NCBI GenBank assembly: GCA_964596065.1
Contig: CAZQSM010000002.1
Coordinates: 10,361 to 74,360, forward strand
Direction: 5' to 3'
Length of the DNA stretch: 64,000 bases
Origin: an uncultured Chlorobiaceae bacterium
Lineage (GTDB): Bacteria > Bacteroidota > Ignavibacteria > UBA10030 > SZUA-254
In this document: positions 38,190 to 46,218 of the stretch, one piece after another
How the letters are laid out: every line of letters begins with the position of its first letter
How positions within the stretch are numbered: the first letter of the stretch is position 1
Notes under the pieces: generated by a model
Seen by the model: the letters and a program-made list of their open reading frames with translations, nothing else
What the model was told of the DNA's origin: nothing
Database searches by the model: none
Position numbers and translations under genes: made by a program

Positions 38190-39386
38190 ATGATCTCCGC
38201 GGAACAGGCACGATCGACGATCCTCGAACGGGTTCCCGTACTCGGCCCGGTGTCGCTCTCCGTCAGGAGGGCCGGCGGTCACCGCCTCCACGGGGACCTT
38301 GCCGCCCCGGTGAACGTGCCGCCGTTCGATAATTCGGCCATGGATGGTTATGCCGTCCGATCGGGGGACCTCCGGGACACGCCCGTCCTGCTGGCGATCG
38401 CGGGAGAGACGGCCGCCGGGTCCGGTCCCGGCGAGCCCCTCGCGCGGGGGACGGCGCGGGCCGTCATGACCGGGGCGCCCATCCCTCCGGGGGCCGACGC
38501 CGTCGTCCAGATCGAATGGACGGAACGGGCTTCGGACCGGGAGGTCCGCGTCCTCAGGAACGTCGCGGCGGGGGCGAACGTCCGCAGGGCCGGATCGGAC
38601 ATCCCCGCGGACAGGATCGCCCTCGCCGGGGGGACGCTGGTGGGGCCCTTCGAGCAGGGGATGCTCGCGTCGCTGGGGGTGGAATTCGTAACGGTCCACC
38701 GCCTTCCATCCGTCCGTTTCATCCCGACCGGGAACGAGCTCACGCCTCCGGGGACGCCACTCGGGCCCGGGAAGATCCGGGAATCCAACTCGCACGTCGT
38801 GGCGGGGCTCCTGCGCCGGGAGGGGTGCGATGCGCGGATCGACCCCATCGTCGCGGACGATCGCGGAAGTCTCGCCGCCGCGTTCGCGGCGCGTCGCGGC
38901 GATGACGCGCTGCTCATCAGCGGCGGGGTCTCGGCGGGACGATTCGACATCGTGCCCGACGCGCTCGCCGCCGCCGGGGTCGAGATCGTTTTTCACAGGG
39001 TGAACATCAAACCGGGGATGCCCCTCCTCTTCGGGATGCGCGGGGACACGCCGGTGTTCGCGCTCCCCGGTAACCCGGTATCGGCCGCGGTCACCTTCCT
39101 CCAGTTCGTGAGGCCGGCGGTCAGGAAGTTGTCGGGGGACCCCGACCCGGGCCGCCGGGAAACGGTCCGGGCCAGGCTCGCGGACAGCATCGTGAAGAAG
39201 GACGGCAAGCGCCATTTCCTCCGGGGCCGGCTCGAGCGCTCCGACGGGGAATTGAGGGTGCGCCTGGCGGGGCCGCAGGGTTCGAACGTCGCGTCGGGAC
39301 TCGCGGCCGCCGACTGCCTCGTCATCCTTCCCGAGGAGAGGTCGGAATTCGGCAGGCTGGACATCATCGAAGCGGAGATGCTGTGA
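38190..39386 (+). CDS. moeA: molybdopterin molybdotransferase
   Basis: MoeA N-terminal domain (PPFDNSAMDGYAV), MoCF-biosynthesis domain (LLISGGVSAGRFD) and C-terminal domain. Confidence 0.85.
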   Translation: MISAEQARSTILERVPVLGPVSLSVRRAGGHRLHGDLAAPVNVPPFDNSAMDGYAVRSGDLRDTPVLLAIAGETAAGSGPGEPLARGTARAVMTGAPIPPGADAVVQIEWTERASDREVRVLRNVAAGANVRRAGSDIPADRIALAGGTLVGPFEQGMLASLGVEFVTVHRLPSVRFIPTGNELTPPGTPLGPGKIRESNSHVVAGLLRREGCDARIDPIVADDRGSLAAAFAARRGDDALLISGGVSAGRFDIVPDALAAAGVEIVFHRVNIKPGMPLLFGMRGDTPVFALPGNPVSAAVTFLQFVRPAVRKLSGDPDPGRRETVRARLADSIVKKDGKRHFLRGRLERSDGELRVRLAGPQGSNVASGLAAADCLVILPEERSEFGRLDIIEAEML

Positions 39387-39631
39387 GCGGAATCAGGGTC
39401 CGGCTGTTCGGGAGCGTGAAGGAGATCGTCGGCTCCGGGGAGATCGAGGTGTCCGCGGCGCCCGGGGCCACCACCGGGAGCCTCCTCGCCGGACTGATCG
39501 ACGCCCATCCGCGCCTCGCACCCTGGAAGGAGTACCTCCGGGTCGCGGTCAACCAGGAATACGCGCCCGTCGAGGCGCCGGTCGCGCCGGGCGACGAGGT
39601 CGCCGTCATCCCCCCGGTGAGCGGCGGATAA
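39383..39631 (+). CDS. moaD: molybdopterin synthase sulfur-carrier subunit
   Basis: 82 aa, ThiS/MoaD fold ending in the diglycine VSGG. GTG start overlaps the moeA stop. Confidence 0.7.
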   Translation: MSGIRVRLFGSVKEIVGSGEIEVSAAPGATTGSLLAGLIDAHPRLAPWKEYLRVAVNQEYAPVEAPVAPGDEVAVIPPVSGG

Positions 39632-39632
39632 G

Positions 39633-40049
39633 GTGCCCTCCCACGCGGTGGACATCGTCGAGACGGCGCTCGACGCCGGCGAAATCCTCTCACGGGTCGC
39701 GGACCCGGCGGCGGGCGGCACGGCACTCTTCGTCGGCACCACCCGGACCCCCTCGAACGACAGGGCGGTGCGGCACCTGGAGTACGAGGCGTACCGGCCG
39801 ATGGCGCTGAAACAGATGGAGGCCATCGTCGGGGCGGCCATGTCGCGCTGGCCCCTCGTCCGCGTCTGCGCGATCCACAGGGTCGGCAGGGTGGGGGTGG
39901 GCGAGGCGAGCGTCGTGATCGCCGTGTCGGCGGCGCACCGGGGCGCGGCCTTCGAGGCCTGCCGCTACGTCATCGACGCCGTCAAAAAGGACGTGCCGAT
40001 CTGGAAGAAGGAAGTGTTCGCGGACGGGCACGAGTGGGTGGGTCCGTAA
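39633..40049 (+). CDS. moaE: molybdopterin synthase catalytic subunit
   Basis: ALFVGTTR ... HRVGRVGVGEASVVIAVSAAHR ... VPIWKKE are conserved MoaE blocks. Confidence 0.8.
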   Translation: MPSHAVDIVETALDAGEILSRVADPAAGGTALFVGTTRTPSNDRAVRHLEYEAYRPMALKQMEAIVGAAMSRWPLVRVCAIHRVGRVGVGEASVVIAVSAAHRGAAFEACRYVIDAVKKDVPIWKKEVFADGHEWVGP

Positions 40050-40202
40050 AAAAATCGAGCCCGACGCTTTCACGCGCCGGGCTTTCCCCTAACACGACAG
40101 TAAGCTGCGGAGGAACAGCTTACACAGACAATGTACGGAGAAGGACCGGAAGCATGATGTGTCCTGCGTCACAAATCTCACTTTTTTCAACGGCGTGAGC
40201 CG

Positions 40203-41198
40203 ATGCACCGCGACCGATTGATCGATTCGTTCGGGAGGGTCATCGACAATGTCCGCATTTCGGTGACGGACAGGTGCAATTTCCGCTGCCGGTACTGCAT
40301 GCCGGAGGCGGGGATGATCTGGCTCGACCACGCCGAAATCCTCACCTACGAGGAGATCGGGCGGCTGGTCCGGATCCTGGCCGGCATGGGGGTCAGCAAG
40401 GCGAGGCTCACCGGGGGTGAACCGCTGATGCGGAAGGAACTCCCGCTGCTGGTACAGCGCCTCTCGGCCATCGAAGGGCTCGACGACATCGCCCTCACCA
40501 CCAACGGGTATTTCCTCGCCGAACAGGCGGCCCCGCTCGCCCGCGCCGGCCTGCGCCGGATCAACGTCAGCCTCGATTCGCTCGACCCCGTCACCTTCGA
40601 GGCGATGGCGAGGCGCAATTACCTCGACCGGGTCCTCGCCGGCATCGAGGCCGCCCACGGGTGCGGCCTCGGGCCGCTGAAGCTGAACGTCGTGCTGATC
40701 AGGGGCGTGAACGACGGCGAGGTCGCCGGATTCGCGGAGCTGGCCCGCTCCCGCCCGTACGTCGTGCGATTCATCGAATTCATGCCGATCGGCAGCGACG
40801 ACGGCTGGTCGAACGACCGCGTGGTCACCACCGCGGAGGTGCTCGCCGCCCTCCGGCGCCTCGGGTATGCAACCGTCCCGATCGGCGGCGACGGAACCCA
40901 TCCCGCGGACCGCTACCGGTTCGCCGACGGCAGGGGGGAGCTCGGGTTCATCAGTTCGGTGTCCCAGCCGTTCTGCGGTTCGTGCAACCGGATCCGGATC
41001 ACCTCCGACGGGAAATTGCGCACGTGCCTCTTTTCCCTCATCGAGACAGACCTCCGGGGACCGCTCCGCGGCGGCGCGGAGGACGGGGCGATCGGGGAGA
41101 TCATCCGCGCGGCGGTCGCCGCGAAGGAGGAGGGACACCTGATCAACCGTTCCGAATTCGAGCGGCCGGGAAGAACGATGAGCAGCATCGGAGGGTAG
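40203..41198 (+). CDS. moaA: GTP 3',8-cyclase (radical SAM)
   Basis: CNFRCRYC radical-SAM cluster, GGEPLMRKEL, C-terminal CxxCxnC (CGSCNRIRITSDGKLRTC). Confidence 0.9.
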   Translation: MHRDRLIDSFGRVIDNVRISVTDRCNFRCRYCMPEAGMIWLDHAEILTYEEIGRLVRILAGMGVSKARLTGGEPLMRKELPLLVQRLSAIEGLDDIALTTNGYFLAEQAAPLARAGLRRINVSLDSLDPVTFEAMARRNYLDRVLAGIEAAHGCGLGPLKLNVVLIRGVNDGEVAGFAELARSRPYVVRFIEFMPIGSDDGWSNDRVVTTAEVLAALRRLGYATVPIGGDGTHPADRYRFADGRGELGFISSVSQPFCGSCNRIRITSDGKLRTCLFSLIETDLRGPLRGGAEDGAIGEIIRAAVAAKEEGHLINRSEFERPGRTMSSIGG

Positions 41199-41199
41199 C

Positions 41200-42150
41200 G
41201 TGAAATCCACATCCGCGACGAGGGACGTTTCCGACAAGCCGGTCACGCTGCGCATCGCGAGGGCGGTCGCACGCGTGATCGCCCGGCCCGCGACGATGAG
41301 GGCGCTCAGGGCCGGCGCGACGCCGAAGGCCGATCCGATCGGCGTCGCGAAGGTGGCGGCCATCCAGGCCGCCAAGGAGACGAGCCGTCTCATCCCGTTC
41401 TGCCACCAGGTCCCGATCGACGGGATCAGGGTGTCGATCGTTCCGGGCCGCGTCGGGATCGACATCGAGACGGAAGTGACCGCCATCTGGAGGACCGGCG
41501 TCGAGATGGAAGCGCTCGTCGCGGCTTCGGCCGCTGCGCTCACGCTCTATGACATGCTCAAGCCGATCGACGCGGCGCTCGAGATCCGTGAGATCCGGCT
41601 CGCCGGCAAGACGGGCGGAACATCGAACGCGGTGCCGGGTCTCGCCCCCGGGAGGCAGGCCTCCGCGGGAAGGGGCATCCGGGCCGCGGTCCTGGTCATG
41701 AGCGATTCGATCAGCGCGAAGCGCGCGCGCGACCGTTCGGGGAAACTGCTCGTGGAACGGCTCAGGGGGTGGGGCGCGGCGGTCCCCGTCTACCGCGTCC
41801 TGCCGGATGATCGGGGCGCGATCTCGCGCGCCCTCAGGGAACTCTGCGACAGGCGGCGCGTCGACCTGGTCATCGCGTCGGGAGGGACCGGCATCGGCCC
41901 GCGCGACGTGACCGCCGAGGCGATCACCGACGTCATCGACCGGCGCCTGCACGGCGTGGAATCGGCCTTCCTCGCGCACGGACAGGAACGGGTCCGCACC
42001 GCGATGCTCTCCCGCTGCGTGGCGGGGACCAGGAAGGGGTCGCTGATCGTGGGGATCCCCGGGTCGGCCTCGGCCGCCGGGGACGCCGCGAGCGTGCTGT
42101 TCCCCGCGATCTTTCACGCCTTTCCGATCATGAAGGGAGGAGGACACTGA
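41200..42150 (+). CDS. moaC: bifunctional cyclic pyranopterin monophosphate synthase MoaC fused to MoaB/MogA-type molybdopterin adenylyltransferase
   Basis: N-terminal half has MoaC blocks (KGDPIGVAKVAAIQAAKETS.LIPFCHQ, ASAAALTLYDM). The C-terminal half has the MoaB/MogA fold (AAVLVMSDS..., GGTGIGPRD). Confidence 0.8.
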   Translation: MKSTSATRDVSDKPVTLRIARAVARVIARPATMRALRAGATPKADPIGVAKVAAIQAAKETSRLIPFCHQVPIDGIRVSIVPGRVGIDIETEVTAIWRTGVEMEALVAASAAALTLYDMLKPIDAALEIREIRLAGKTGGTSNAVPGLAPGRQASAGRGIRAAVLVMSDSISAKRARDRSGKLLVERLRGWGAAVPVYRVLPDDRGAISRALRELCDRRRVDLVIASGGTGIGPRDVTAEAITDVIDRRLHGVESAFLAHGQERVRTAMLSRCVAGTRKGSLIVGIPGSASAAGDAASVLFPAIFHAFPIMKGGGH

Positions 42151-42152
42151 CG

Positions 42153-42869
42153 ATGCGGACGCCGCGCTCCACGGGGGCCTTCCACGTGATCGGCGGAGCG
42201 CGCGTCGCGTGCGTCGCGCTCGTCATGCTCGTCGCGCCGTCCGCAGCCGCGGTTTCGGCGGCGCGTCCGGTCGGGCCCGCCGCGTCGCCCGGGCCCGCGG
42301 GCCGGCTCCGGCCGGCGGTCCCGGCCGCCACCGAAGCCATCGAGGGTTACGTCCGGGCGAACCCCGACCGGTTCTGCAACGCGGGGTGCGGCGACTATTA
42401 CATCGAGGACGCGTCGGGTTTTTTCCTCTCACACCTCGCCGGTTCCGCCGGTTCCGTCGGCATCTACGCCGACCGTTACATCGAGACCACCGGTTTCCGC
42501 GCCCCCTGCGGGGGATGCGCCTCGTTTTACATCACGGGGCCGGTGAACATCATCGTCACCGGCGCGGAGAGCGACCCGGCGCCGGTCCCCTGGTCGGTCA
42601 CGCTCCTGCAGAACTATCCGAACCCCTTCAACCCGGTCACGACGATTTCGTTCGTCGTCACGCGGGAGTCGGACGTGTCCCTGACCGTGTACGACCTCCT
42701 CGGACGCGTCGTCGACGGTCCCGCCGGGCGTCGCTGCGCCCCGGGGGCCCACGCCGTCGCGTGGGACGCGGCCGGCCGGCCCGCCGGGGTGTATGTCTAT
42801 GAAATCCGGGCCACGCCTTCCGGCGGAGGGCCGGTCGTCGAACGGAAGGCGATGCTCCTTCTGCGGTAG
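42153..42869 (+). CDS. secreted protein with type IX secretion system C-terminal sorting domain (Por_Secre_tail)
   Basis: Signal peptide; C-terminal 80 aa LLQNYPNPFNPVTTISF...LTVYDLLGRVV...GVYVYEI match the T9SS CTD consensus. GGGAGGAGG ribosome-binding site. Confidence 0.65.
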   Translation: MRTPRSTGAFHVIGGARVACVALVMLVAPSAAAVSAARPVGPAASPGPAGRLRPAVPAATEAIEGYVRANPDRFCNAGCGDYYIEDASGFFLSHLAGSAGSVGIYADRYIETTGFRAPCGGCASFYITGPVNIIVTGAESDPAPVPWSVTLLQNYPNPFNPVTTISFVVTRESDVSLTVYDLLGRVVDGPAGRRCAPGAHAVAWDAAGRPAGVYVYEIRATPSGGGPVVERKAMLLLR

Positions 42870-43053
42870 CTCCCGCCCCCCTCCGTCCGCGCACGCCTCA
42901 CCCTCCTCTCCATCGCGCGGACCCGCGACCCCCGCGCCTTGTAAATGGGCCCTATTTTTCTTAGTATTCCCCGATGAATCACCCAATCCGCGACCTCCGC
43001 CGCTTCCCGGGGACCGTCCCGCGGTCACCATCGCACCCCTCGCGGGCCGGCCG

Positions 43054-44133
43054 ATGGAACTGATCGGCGCCATCATCGCCGGGCTCGCGATCGGCGCGTT
43101 GTTCCTCTACCAGCGCAACCTCGCGCGGGGCCAGGGGAGGGACGAAGCGGCGCTGCTTGTGATGCGTCAGCAGGTGGAGTCGCTCCGGACCGACCTCAGG
43201 GAGAGTCTGCAGAGTGTCGCGGGCCTCGTCCAGCAGCAGCTTTCAATGGTGAACCAGCAGATCCAGTCGCAGACCGTCTCCGTCGGCAACAGGCTCGACC
43301 ACGCCTCCAGGGTGATCGGCGACGTGCAGAGAAACCTCGGAGAGCTGGGGAAGGCCACGGACGAGATCCGGGAACTCGGGCAAAACGTCTCGAAACTCGA
43401 GGAGCTCCTGAAGGCGCCCAAGCTCCGCGGCGGGCTCGGCGAGTTCCTGCTCGAGGACCTGCTGAAGCAGGTGCTGCCCGCGTCGCATTTCGAGATGCAG
43501 CACCGGTTCCGCACCGGCGACGTTGTCGACGCGGTGATCCGGACCTCCGACCGGCTGGTGAGCGTGGACTCGAAATTCCCGCTGGAAAATTTCCGGAGGC
43601 TGGCCGCAGCGCACGAGGGGGAGAAAAAATCGCTCCAGCGCGCGTTCGTCGCGGACGTCAGGAAGCACATCGACGCGATCGCGGGGAAATACATCCTGCC
43701 CGACGAGGGCACCTTCCCCTTCGCGCTGATGTACGTGCCCGCGGAAAACGTGTACTATGAAATGATCGTCAAGGACGAGCACTCGAACGGCGCCGGGCTC
43801 TACAGTTACGCGCTCGAACGGAAGGTGGTCCCCGTGTCGCCCAACTCCTTTTACGCCTACCTGCAGGTGATCGCCCTCGGGCTGCGCGGGTTCTACGTGG
43901 AGCAGCGGGCGAAGGAAATCCTCGCGGACCTCCAGCAGCTGCACGGGGACGCCTGGAAGCTTCGGGAATCGTTCGAGGTGCTCGGGACCCATTTCGAGAA
44001 CGCCAGGAAGAAATACGACGAAACCGACACGCGCCTCGCGCGGTTCGAGGGCGGGCTCGAGGGGATCGCGCGGAAATCGATCGCGGACGGCCCGCGGGCG
44101 GAGACCCCCGCCGACGAACCCCTGCTTCGCTGA
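43054..44133 (+). CDS. rmuC: DNA recombination protein RmuC
   Basis: N-terminal TM helix, long coiled-coil, C-terminal RmuC domain (LYSYALERKVVPVSPNSFYAYLQVIALGLRG). ATG at codon 88 of ORF 42793... Confidence 0.8.
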   Translation: MELIGAIIAGLAIGALFLYQRNLARGQGRDEAALLVMRQQVESLRTDLRESLQSVAGLVQQQLSMVNQQIQSQTVSVGNRLDHASRVIGDVQRNLGELGKATDEIRELGQNVSKLEELLKAPKLRGGLGEFLLEDLLKQVLPASHFEMQHRFRTGDVVDAVIRTSDRLVSVDSKFPLENFRRLAAAHEGEKKSLQRAFVADVRKHIDAIAGKYILPDEGTFPFALMYVPAENVYYEMIVKDEHSNGAGLYSYALERKVVPVSPNSFYAYLQVIALGLRGFYVEQRAKEILADLQQLHGDAWKLRESFEVLGTHFENARKKYDETDTRLARFEGGLEGIARKSIADGPRAETPADEPLLR

Positions 44134-44154
44134 GGACCCGGGCGGGCGCGTCGA

Positions 44155-44787
44155 ATGAAATCCCCCGTCGTCCTCCCGGTACACCCGCGCAACCCGCAGG
44201 GCCGGCACATCGCCCGCGCGGTCGAGGTGCTCCGCTCGGGCGGCGTCATCGTCTACCCGACGGACACGGTCTACGGGCTGGGATGCAGCATCCTGCAACC
44301 GGCCGCGATCGGGAAGGTCTACGCCATCAAGCGGCAGGACCAGGTGAAGCCGTTCAGCTTCATCTGTTCGGACCTGGGCAACATCAGCGAATACGCCGTC
44401 GTCTCGAACGAGGCGTTCCGGCTGATGAAACGGCTCATCCCGGGCCCCTACACGTTCATCCTCCCGGCCAGCCGGATGAAACAGATCCCGAAGAGCCTGA
44501 TGACGAAGCGGAAAACGGTCGGCATCCGCGTGCCGGACAATGCCGTGTGCCAGAGTCTCCTCCGGGAACTGGGGCATCCGCTCCTGAGCGCCAGCGTGAC
44601 CGACGACGGGGGAGGGGTCCTGCACGATCCGGAGGAGATCGCGGAGCATTTCGGCCCGCGGATCGACCTGATGCTCGAAGCGGGCCACGGCCAGATGGAG
44701 GTTTCGACGGTCCTCGACCTGACCGGCGACCTCCCGGTCGTCACCAGGCAGGGAAAGGGCGACACCGGATTTTTCACAACGGCTTAG
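44155..44787 (+). CDS. tsaC: L-threonylcarbamoyladenylate synthase (YrdC/Sua5 family)
   Basis: VIVYPTDTVYGLGC and GIRVPDNAVCQSLLRELGHPLLSASV are canonical YrdC-domain motifs. Confidence 0.75.
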   Translation: MKSPVVLPVHPRNPQGRHIARAVEVLRSGGVIVYPTDTVYGLGCSILQPAAIGKVYAIKRQDQVKPFSFICSDLGNISEYAVVSNEAFRLMKRLIPGPYTFILPASRMKQIPKSLMTKRKTVGIRVPDNAVCQSLLRELGHPLLSASVTDDGGGVLHDPEEIAEHFGPRIDLMLEAGHGQMEVSTVLDLTGDLPVVTRQGKGDTGFFTTA

Positions 44788-44799
44788 CACGGACAACGA

Positions 44800-45522
44800 A
44801 TGTATCTGAAGAGCAACGCTCTCTCCATCTCCGACCAGGCGACCTCCATCCGGGGCGAGAGGGAAAACGCCGTCATCGCGTACGCCGACCTGCGCGGCTT
44901 CGCCCCCTGGTCGCTCCAGGCAACGCCCGAGCAGGTGACCCGGGTCATCGAGGTCGTCTACGACCGCGTCATCCAGCTCTCGTTTTTCTACAAGCACACG
45001 TTCCATAAGTTCCTGGGGGACGGGTTTCTGCTGATCTGGGAGGCGAAGGACCACGGTTCGCTCGGCGAAGCGCTCCACTGGGCCCTGTCGGCATCCTTCG
45101 AGATCCACAAGCGGTACTGGTACATCGCCCGCCAGCTCAACTTCCCGTCGCCCCTGGGATTCGGCATCGGCATCTCGTGCGGCGAGGTGATCAGGATCGA
45201 TCCCGAAACCTTCATCCCGGAAATGAACGAGCCCGACTTCGTCGGCTACCCGATGAACAGCGGTTCGCGGCTCCAGAAGCTGGCGGGCCCCTACGGCACC
45301 GTCATCGACAGCCGGGGCGCGCGCGAGGCGACGCTGAACCCCGCGCGCATCCTCCGGGACGAAAACCCGGTCCTGCGGCTCGAGCTGATCAAGCCGAACA
45401 ACAAGGCGGTGTCGCTGGCGGACAAGTTCACCGGACTCCACGTGGACGACGTGTTCGGGTTCCAGTACGTGACCTGGCCCTATGTCAAGGATGCCCTCTG
45501 GAAAGTCGACGGCCGGATCTGA
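44800..45522 (+). CDS. class III nucleotidyl (adenylyl/guanylyl) cyclase-homology-domain protein, standalone
   Basis: AVIAYADLRGFAPWS ... HKFLGDGFLLIW resemble the class III cyclase metal-binding Asp (ADIxGFT) and substrate-specifying KFIGDGxM blocks. No sensor domain is present. Confidence 0.45.
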   Translation: MYLKSNALSISDQATSIRGERENAVIAYADLRGFAPWSLQATPEQVTRVIEVVYDRVIQLSFFYKHTFHKFLGDGFLLIWEAKDHGSLGEALHWALSASFEIHKRYWYIARQLNFPSPLGFGIGISCGEVIRIDPETFIPEMNEPDFVGYPMNSGSRLQKLAGPYGTVIDSRGAREATLNPARILRDENPVLRLELIKPNNKAVSLADKFTGLHVDDVFGFQYVTWPYVKDALWKVDGRI

Positions 45523-46015
45523 CCCGGGGGTGCCTCCTCCCCCGGTCCTGACGGGCCGCGACGCGGTCGCTGCCGCGGTGGTCGCCGGCGTCGCCTACCT
45601 GACGGCCAAATTCACCGCTCCGACCGTTCCGGAACACGCCGCGGTGTTCTTCGCCGCGGCGGTACTGCTGATCGGCGCGGGCCGGCTCGCCGACCGGCTC
45701 TGGGATTCGACGATGGCCCCGGTCCTGCCGGCGTCCCTCGCGTGGGGACGATCCGGCCGGTGGGGGATTGCCGCCCGCTTCCCGTTCCGGCTGCTCGGCG
45801 GGGGGATCGCGTTCACGGCGGCACTCCTCGCGGCGAAGCGGGCCGGCATCATACCGCTCCGGGACGTGCCGGTGATCGAAATCTTCGCGACCGGCGCGCT
45901 CCTCTCGGCGGCCTATCACGCGATCGACGAGGGCCGGAAGGCGCTGCGGAGGGGCCGGCTCAGGGAAGCCGCGCGGGACGGGACGCCCACAACCACCGAA
46001 GGAGGAAACGGATGA
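45482..46015 (+). CDS. hypothetical membrane protein (start uncertain)
   Basis: Four hydrophobic segments. The ORF overlaps the cyclase gene by 40 nt, so the true start is probably an internal codon. Confidence 0.3.
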   Translation: MSRMPSGKSTAGSDPGVPPPPVLTGRDAVAAAVVAGVAYLTAKFTAPTVPEHAAVFFAAAVLLIGAGRLADRLWDSTMAPVLPASLAWGRSGRWGIAARFPFRLLGGGIAFTAALLAAKRAGIIPLRDVPVIEIFATGALLSAAYHAIDEGRKALRRGRLREAARDGTPTTTEGGNG

Positions 46016-46200
46016 CGAAGAACGAACAGCGGCGGATGATCGAATCGCTCGGGGAATACGCGCACAAACTGCGCGGCCGGGAGGCCGACGAATTCGAGAT
46101 GATGCGCAAGCGCGACAGGGACGACGAAGACCTCGACAGGCTTTCCGCGCAGAAGCTCGTCGGGCTGTTCGAGAAATACGTGCCGGAACGGTACCGGTAA
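46012..46200 (+). CDS. hypothetical 62-aa charged protein
   Basis: GGAGG ribosome-binding site 6 nt upstream of ATG 46012, inside ORF 45742..; highly charged helical peptide. Confidence 0.35.
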   Translation: MTKNEQRRMIESLGEYAHKLRGREADEFEMMRKRDRDDEDLDRLSAQKLVGLFEKYVPERYR

Positions 46201-46218
46201 GGGCGGAGCCGAACGATC

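Noticed and set aside
45742-46011. Upstream 90-codon extension of the 62-aa small protein.
   Set aside because: It overlaps the preceding membrane-protein ORF, and the GGAGG ribosome-binding site sits immediately before the internal ATG (46012).
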